Origin: Leucoraja ocellata
Taxonomy: Eukaryota
Assembly: GCA_036785375.1 (NCBI GenBank)
Contig: JAWMAR010000351.1
Span: 186,001 to 250,000 of the forward strand
DNA: 64,000 nucleotides
Direction: 5' to 3'
This document shows positions 57,501-64,000 of this stretch, piece after piece; the stretch's first letter is position 1, and each line of letters starts with the position of its first letter. The position numbers were made by a program, and so were the translations under genes. Under the pieces are notes generated by a model. It saw only the letters and a list, made by a program, of their open reading frames with translations. It made no database searches and was not told the origin of the DNA.

Positions 57501-60500
57501 GAGTTGAGTGAAGTAATGCTGGTGAAATTAGGTGGTCTTTTCAATCAAAGACAATTTTATCAGCATAAAGTGAAAATGAAATGACACCAGTTTTAAATGA
57601 AATCTGAAGGAGAATTCAAAATACCTTTAGAAGGATTATTGTGTGCCAACTAGAAGTATATTATTCAGAAATGCTTTGGATTCTTAAAATTACTAATTTT
57701 ATTAAATTGTTTATTATTCCTTTTCAGCACCTGTTAATGAAGCTACAGGAGATTGAACGCCGGACAGACCAGCTTCTTACTCAGAATCAAGCAGAAAAAG
57801 TAAGCAGAGATAAAAAGAAAAAAAAAAATTACAAGCAATAAATTGAACTTACTGTCCCCATTTAATATAAACACTGTTATATTCCGGCCTGTGCGTTAAA
57901 ATGGTTATGCATGGTTAATAATTTATGCAGTTTTGTTCTCTTGCCTTTTGCTACATTTACATTCCGTATATACAGCTCTCAGATGTTTTTTACATAGTTC
58001 TTTTCACTGATATACTCACATTTGTGTTGAAGCATTTCCTACTTTCATTTCCATTGAGTAAGGCTTTCTATTGGATATAAAAGCTCACTGAATTTGTTGA
58101 ATAAATGTTGCCAAATGTACATGCAATGCAATTTCTATATCAAATGAAAGTAACAAATTATTTGAACAAGATTTTCTTTGCAATTTTGATAATTTTGTTA
58201 ATCAGCACATTTTTCGTGAGGTCTTGAGCTGGCAAATGGCCATTTTTAAGTTTCTGGTTTTGAAAATAGACAACCCTCAGCCATTGTCAGTGAGCTTGTC
58301 AGATTCAATGGTAAAAGAAGACCAATTCAGATTAGTTAGTTTTTTATGATCTTGGGTTTAATAAATTGCTTTGAGTTGAATGACAGTAGTACAACGGATA
58401 AACCTCAAGCGTTATGACCCCACATTAATAATGTGCTGGTAGAATCCCAGATTTTGCAGAAACTTGTCTATGTCAAATTATTATTGTGTTTTTGACTTGA
58501 TAGGAATTCCTCCATTAAGTAATTTGATGTATTGGAGAGATGAAATTAGAGACTGTTATGATGACAGAAGAGGAATAGTATTTTCTTGAGTAGAATAAAG
58601 TTTGAGGTGTTAAAGGTGTTTGACATCAAGATAAATTTTTGAAAGCAGTATTGTTGAATTTGTGGTTAATGAGAATAAATATTTAGATCACCACAAAAAT
58701 AATGATGGGGGATGTTAATGTAGTTAGTTTTTATATATCCTGACTCTGGGATTGTGTGGTTTAAAACTAAATTAAGTACAATAAATACTGATTATTTCCT
58801 GGTCTTCTATGTGGTTGTGTATTCAGCATTAAATTACATTTCCAAAGTAGCTCTTTTAATATACCTTTTTAGAACCATGCATGGGAGTTTCACAGCTACA
58901 TCACAGTTCTGTTTCAATCAAAATGCCTTGTTTTCACGGAGGGAAATAATGTGATATTATCAAGTGAAGCTTTCAAATTCATAATGGATTATTGAGGCTA
59001 ACTGGAGATTGTATTAGTGTCATGTTCTGTAACTTTTTTGTCCCCAAATTATTACTTCTTAGTGATCCCACCAATCAGCAAGATATCATTGAGATTTATG
59101 CCATTTTCCTTCATCGTAAGATATAACCTATTGTTTCACCAAAGACTAAAACTAAATCATTGCATTGGTAAGCTGGCATTATAATTGATTTGTTACTCAG
59201 GAAAGAGCAATGAACTGTTTACTGAGCCACTTTTTTTCTTCCTCTTTAGGATAATGCTCACGCAGCGGCAGAGTTATCCAAATCACTTGAAAGCACTCGA
59301 GCCCATCTACAGGGACAGCTTCGCAGTAAAGAGGCAGAAAACAATCGTATGGCTGTGCAGATTAGGGTATTTCAATAATCTTACTTGCCCCATGAGTTTC
59401 CATGGATTTGACTTTCTATTACATATATATAATTTTTTTTTATTTGCTCAAGAGTAATTTATGAATTGTTAAGATGGGCACAATGACACGACCCAATGTT
59501 AACATTCATTTTGTGTCTAATTGCTGCTATATTGTGTTGCTTGAAAATCTCTAATGGTCTGAAGAAAGGTCTCGACCCGAAAAAAACACCCATTCCTTCT
59601 CTCCAGAGAAGCTACCTGTTACTTCAGCTTTTTGTGCCTATCTAATTGTATTGGTCCCAGTAATACGGTTCTTTTATTAAAACACTGGAATCAGTGAGTC
59701 CTTTGATACATTTTCAGTGAAAGGTTTATTCTCTGAAAAATCTTATATGGCAGATACACGCATGTATTCTTCACTGTTGCACTCCTGTCCAACTTAAATG
59801 AACTTAAATGAAGGACTGAGAGGTTAGAGATACCACTTAGTGAGATAATCAACTCTTGCCATAATTATGTTTTTCAAGTCAGATGGATGTTTAAGGTCTC
59901 ACGGCAGTGTTTGAACAGCAGCATGTTCTCCAAGTGTGTTGCCCTATATTGCTCATCAAATGAACACAATTGAAAGTGTTTTAAATCATCATTGTTCTCA
60001 TTGTTACTCTTGTAGAATTTATGTTCATGCAAAATAGCTGCTATTTGTACCAACATCAATTAAATGCAAAACTAATTTATTGAAATTGTAATTGTTTAGG
60101 AGATTTTAAGGGATGCAACATATATATATATATATATATATATAGCATCCCTTAAAATCTCCTAAACAATTACAATATATATATTGGGCTACCTTTACAT
60201 GTTCTGTTTTATATTTTATGGTCTCCAGCTGAAGTTTTCAATTTGTTCTAATATTACTCCTTCAGAATTTTGAGCGTACCATTGCGCAGCAGAAAGGGCA
60301 AGCGGACTACTTAACAGAGCAATTAAGGTTGTTTCATAACAAGGGGGACAGAGACAAGGAGGCCTTAAAGAAAGCCACAAAGGCTCAGAAACAACGAGCT
60401 GAACGTAGTGAAGATGCAGTCGAACTGCTCAATTCCCAGCTTGTTGGCAAGGTATTCAATTAGTATTGGGAAATAGAGTGGCATGGAATGTTGGCAACTA

Positions 60501-62060
60501 AAACTGAAATTGAATAACAAGTATATATTGAATTGGATTAATCATACCATGTGCCTGGAGCGAATGATGAAAGACAGTACTTTACTTCCTCCACACTGAA
60601 AGATAACTCTGAGCTGTCTAAAACTCTGTCTTTAGACGTGTCAACTATGTACTCAAATAACTGTGCCAAGGAAGAAATCTCTTAGTTTTTTTTTAGAAAA
60701 TAGGCTACATTGTAATTTTTGCTGTGGTATCTTTAACTTTATATTCCTTATTTAAAACGAGCAGTAATAAAATGTCACTTCCACTGTGAACCTTGTGTGG
60801 TTGGCTTGTTTATAGGAGACGCAGTTGGCAGATGCGCTGACATCAGCTGAGACTTGGAGAAATTGTTATAACAAGGTGATGAAAGAAAAGAGTCAACTGG
60901 AGATTGAGATCTCAATCATGAACAAGTAAGAAAGTTGAGAGCTTGAACAATTTGGGAGAAAATACAAACTTGGTATAATTTAGTATGATCGCACATTAAC
61001 CATGAATAGTATTTTTAATTGTGAATTTGCACGGAGACTTTGCAATGATCGTTTTAGCAAGATAGCAATTGTTTATGGTATCTACTCGTGGCTTTCCCCG
61101 GGTTGGTCCACTTCCTGGTGACCTTCAGTAGAGCTTCCTTTTTCACTGTTTAAATATTTTTGAACAAATAAACCAGATTGTCTTAATATTCAGTTTATGA
61201 AGTATTATGGGAAACAGTTGCCTTAAAGTATTTTTAAAACACATTTTTGAAATGCGATTCTTATAAAACCATGTGATGCAAAACTGTGGTGAAGTAGAGA
61301 TGCAGCTTGGTTTTATATTGTGACCGTTTTATTTTCTGAAACAACAATTAGAAACATAGAAACATAGGAGTAGGCCATTCGGCCCTTCGAACCTGCACCG
61401 CCATTCAATATGATCATGGCTGATCATCCAACTTAGTATCCCGTACCTGCCTTCTCTCCATACCCTCTGATCCCCTTAGCCACAAGGGCCACATCTAACT
61501 CCCTCTTAAATATAGCCAATGAACTGGCCTCAACTACCCTCTGTGGCAGAGAGTTCCAGAGATTCGCCGTTGCAAATTACCTTTGCAACACAGCTGTTGA
61601 TATTCGTTTATGAGGCATTGAATTTATTTGATGTGTTACACAACTCCCTTTCCTTAGCCAGATGATCTTCTTTGGCATTACAAATTTTTCAAATTGGCAG
61701 TACAGCTAATGCAGTATATAAGGCGATAACAATACACTTAGTGGCTGCAAACTGTAGCAAAATCATAAACTAAATCTATTTGCAAAATGAATTTCAATTT
61801 ACTAATTACATTGGCATTTTTTAATGTTGCCAACAAATGAACAAATATTGTGACCTGAAATGAGTTGTATATGCAAGAGAGCATGTGGACAGTATCTTTA
61901 AGGTAATAAGTTTTCTTCTGGCAGCCGTGTTACGGGTCTACTGGATCAAACTCATAATGTGGAGGATAAGGCTCGAGGAGACCTGGATTCACTCATGGAC
62001 AGACTCCACAAGATGTCCTCAGAAAGCACATCCATCAAAATAGAGAATGAGACAATGAAG
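51488..62060 (+). CDS. odf2: Outer dense fiber protein 2/cenexin, 3'-partial (510 codons); join(51488..51589,52616..52735,53744..53914,54327..54508,55110..55236,56109..56240,56414..56488,57728..57799,59250..59366,60266..60451,60816..60925,61925..62060)
   Basis: Motifs MKTRTSPLLHVHVDETTPVHVHVKK, VKTKVPWIPPGK, LSDLSTDDE, KLVEAEMDAAAAAKQV, LTRQKELLLQKL, HLQGQLRSKEAEN and GDRDKEALKKA. All GT-AG with consistent phases. Confidence 0.95.
52616..52735 (+). CDS. odf2: odf2 exon
   Basis: VKTKVPWIPPGK...YKWE. Confidence 0.9.
53744..53914 (+). CDS. odf2: odf2 exon
   Basis: LSDLSTDDE...YEKKINCLM. Confidence 0.93.
54327..54508 (+). CDS. odf2: odf2 exon
   Basis: Coiled coil ELAEVTKELVLTEHKN. Confidence 0.9.
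55110..55236 (+). CDS. odf2: odf2 exon
   Basis: KLVEAEMDAAAAAKQV. Confidence 0.93.
56109..56240 (+). CDS. odf2: odf2 exon
   Basis: LTRQKELLLQKLETF. Confidence 0.93.
56414..56488 (+). CDS. odf2: odf2 exon
   Basis: ADALRLFELKEALLEKLA; cag and gtgaga splice sites. Confidence 0.88.
56541..56640 (+). mobile_element. Solo Penelope terminal repeat (others near 21120, 29420, 35365, 38145, 43310, 43620, 48735, 51055, 57350, 59555)
   Basis: ggtctgaagaagggtctcaacccgaaacatcacccattcc. Confidence 0.75.
57728..57799 (+). CDS. odf2: odf2 exon
   Basis: HLLMKLQE...QAEK; cag and gtaagc splice sites. Confidence 0.88.
59250..59366 (+). CDS. odf2: odf2 exon
   Basis: ELSKSLESTRAHLQGQLRSKEAEN. Confidence 0.93.
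60085..60176. repeat. Perfect 32-bp inverted repeat around (TA)12
   Basis: 60085..60116 is the exact reverse complement of 60145..60176. Confidence 0.97.
60266..60451 (+). CDS. odf2: odf2 exon
   Basis: GDRDKEALKKATKAQKQRAERSE. Confidence 0.93.
60816..60925 (+). CDS. odf2: odf2 exon
   Basis: ETWRNCYNKVMKEKSQLEIEI. Confidence 0.92.
61349..61566 (-). mobile_element. CR1-clade LINE 3' end with (ATGTTTCT)n tail
   Basis: tagaaacatagaaacatag octamer tail on the plus strand; NLWNSLPQR on the minus strand. Confidence 0.85.
61925..62060 (+). CDS. odf2: odf2 exon (last visible)
   Basis: RVTGLLDQ...DSLMDRLH...KIENETMK. Confidence 0.92.
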
Positions 62061-62489
62061 GTAAAGATTTTCTTGCTCAAAATTCTCCATTAACAGGTAT
62101 ATAAAAATCAACTGGCCAGGCAAATGTGGAAGGACCTAAATACCATCCCGGGCTAAAGTTAAAATCATGGGTGATTTCTTGCAACAATGCATTCTTTCTT
62201 TTACACCCATTTTGAAATAAACAACAAAGTTCTACCAAGGTGTCCTCTTCCATCTCGGTGGCAGATCTACTTTCATGAGGATAAACTCTTGAAAAGCGAT
62301 CAATCCGGATGGAGTCGATGAACAGTTCGTTACCCTCCATTTCACCAGAAACCTTACCTGGACCCCTCATTGATTAAATGATCAAGGAGTGCATCATAGT
62401 TCTTACATTTTTATACAGCTGAGATGATTTGGCATTTCCACGAGGACTAGTATGACAACTGCTCTGTTTTTGATTGCCTGAACCCATAG

Positions 62490-62720
62490 AGATTGATGAA
62501 CACTGCCCATGCCTGCACAAGCTTATCACTTCCTTCCATCTGGACTATCTTTGTAGTACATTGCATCAGGAAGGCTGGAAATATTGTCAAAGACACCTGT
62601 CACCCAGAGAAATCCCTTTTTTTCCTTCTCCATTTCAGGAGAATATATAGAAGGTTGAAAACCCAAACATCCAGATGAAAAAACATCTTTCCCACGTTAT
62701 CATGCTGCTGAACTAATTAC
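62490..62720 (+). mobile_element. Rex1/Babar-like LINE 3' fragment
   Basis: LPSIW...CIRKAGNIVKDTCHP...RRIYRRLKTQTSR. Confidence 0.65.
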
Positions 62721-62989
62721 CTCTTTCACATCTCAATACCGGAGATGCTGCCACATGCAATTACTCTTAGCTCTTTCTCATTGATTATTCCATTATTGCA
62801 CTTTTTTGCACTACTTCGGATTAAACCACAATCTTTGCACTATTTTACTGTTTTGCTTTTGTTTTATTTATTGCTATATCTACCATTAGCGTACACTGTC
62901 TACTCTATAAGCTTGATGAAAAATGTCATAGCATCCTAGTATACATAGAACTCAGTCAACCGTAAAGAACCTTATTAAAAGCCTTATTA

Positions 62990-63680
62990 AAATCCCTGTA
63001 CAACATCCACTACCCTACCTCTATCAATCTCATTCATCATCTCCCTAAAAAACTCAAGTAAGTTAGTTAATACATAACCTACTGTGTACAAAGCTGTGAT
63101 GTCTGCCCCAAATTAGCCTACTCCCATTTGGAAGAGAGTGGGCTAATTAGGTATAGACAACAAGGCTTTGCAAGCAGCAGGTTGTATATTAACTAACTTA
63201 AGAGAATGCTTTGAGAAAGGATTTCTGAAGTAAATCCTTTCTCGAAGCACTCTCTTCAATGGCTTTCCTACCATTGACGTGAGACTCACTGGCCTATGTA
63301 TAGTTCCCTGGATTCTTCCTACTTCTCTTTTTAAACAAAGGAACAATACTGGCCGCTCTCTGGTATTCCAGGATCTTGCCTGTGGCTAGAGAAAAAGATA
63401 AAGATCCTCGTCAGGACCCCCGCAATCTCCTCCCATGCCTCCCTCAATAACCCGGAATAGGTCCTATCATCACCTGGGGTCTTATCCACCTTCATGCTCT
63501 TCAAGAGCCTCTGCAACACCACCTTCATGATCTTAAACTGCCCCAGCTTATTTGTATTCTTCACATCATTTTCTAATTCCTGTCCAATTCCTCCTCGGTG
63601 AATACAGATGCAAAGTACTCATTTAGTATGCCGCCTACATCCTCCGACTCCAAGCATAGATTCCCTCCTTTGTCCTTGAT
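62990..63680 (-). mobile_element. CR1-clade LINE ORF2 internal fragment
   Basis: KVDKTPGDDRTYSGLLREAWEEIAG; RPVSLTSMVGK. Confidence 0.85.
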
Positions 63681-64000
63681 AATAGACTAATCTACTCTAC
63701 TCTGCAACAAAATTGCATCTAAAGGACGGGGAATATTGTTTATGATTCATATCTATTATCTTAATTTATACTTATGTAGAATGAACTAGATTAATGATTC
63801 ATATCTGATCTTGTTTCAATGATGTGTTTTGAGTTTGCATTTGAAAGACCTTCTTGGGATATAATGAGTCCCCTGAGTTACTCTAAGATTAGATGTTGGG
63901 CAATATTGTGCATGGTTCTGTAAGTGTGCAATCTCTGTGCAATGTACCCAAGAGGATATTTTAAAGCAGACCAGAATGTTAAAATGATTAATTTGACATT

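Noticed and set aside
62061-64000. Further odf2 exons
   Set aside because: No matching coding segment with splice sites; the region is LINE remnants and the gene continues beyond the window.

Overview
Eukaryotic, intron-rich vertebrate DNA, most likely from a cartilaginous fish (skate/ray or shark), inferred from its HE1-like V-SINE, CR1 and Penelope repeats. I built four spliced genes by hand with GT-AG junctions and consistent phases: ciz1 (+, 13 exons, 5' end outside the window, stop at 24468), bbln/C9orf16 (-, 2 exons, 85 aa), ptges2 (+, 7 exons, 380 aa) and odf2/cenexin (+, promoter near 46.5 kb, 12 coding exons, 3' end outside the window). Most entries in the ORF track are spurious or transposon remnants. 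Notable observations: many Penelope terminal repeats carry a minimal hammerhead-ribozyme core, and several form self-inverted hairpins. The bbln intron holds a triple-nested Penelope/SINE/Penelope insertion. CIZ1 has a 328-aa acidic C-terminal exon with a 264-bp tandem duplication and no visible second Q-rich domain. Well-preserved intronic SINEs are all antisense to their host gene. A perfect 32-bp inverted duplication surrounds a (TA)n tract. Orthologue comparisons are from memory; no database search was run.
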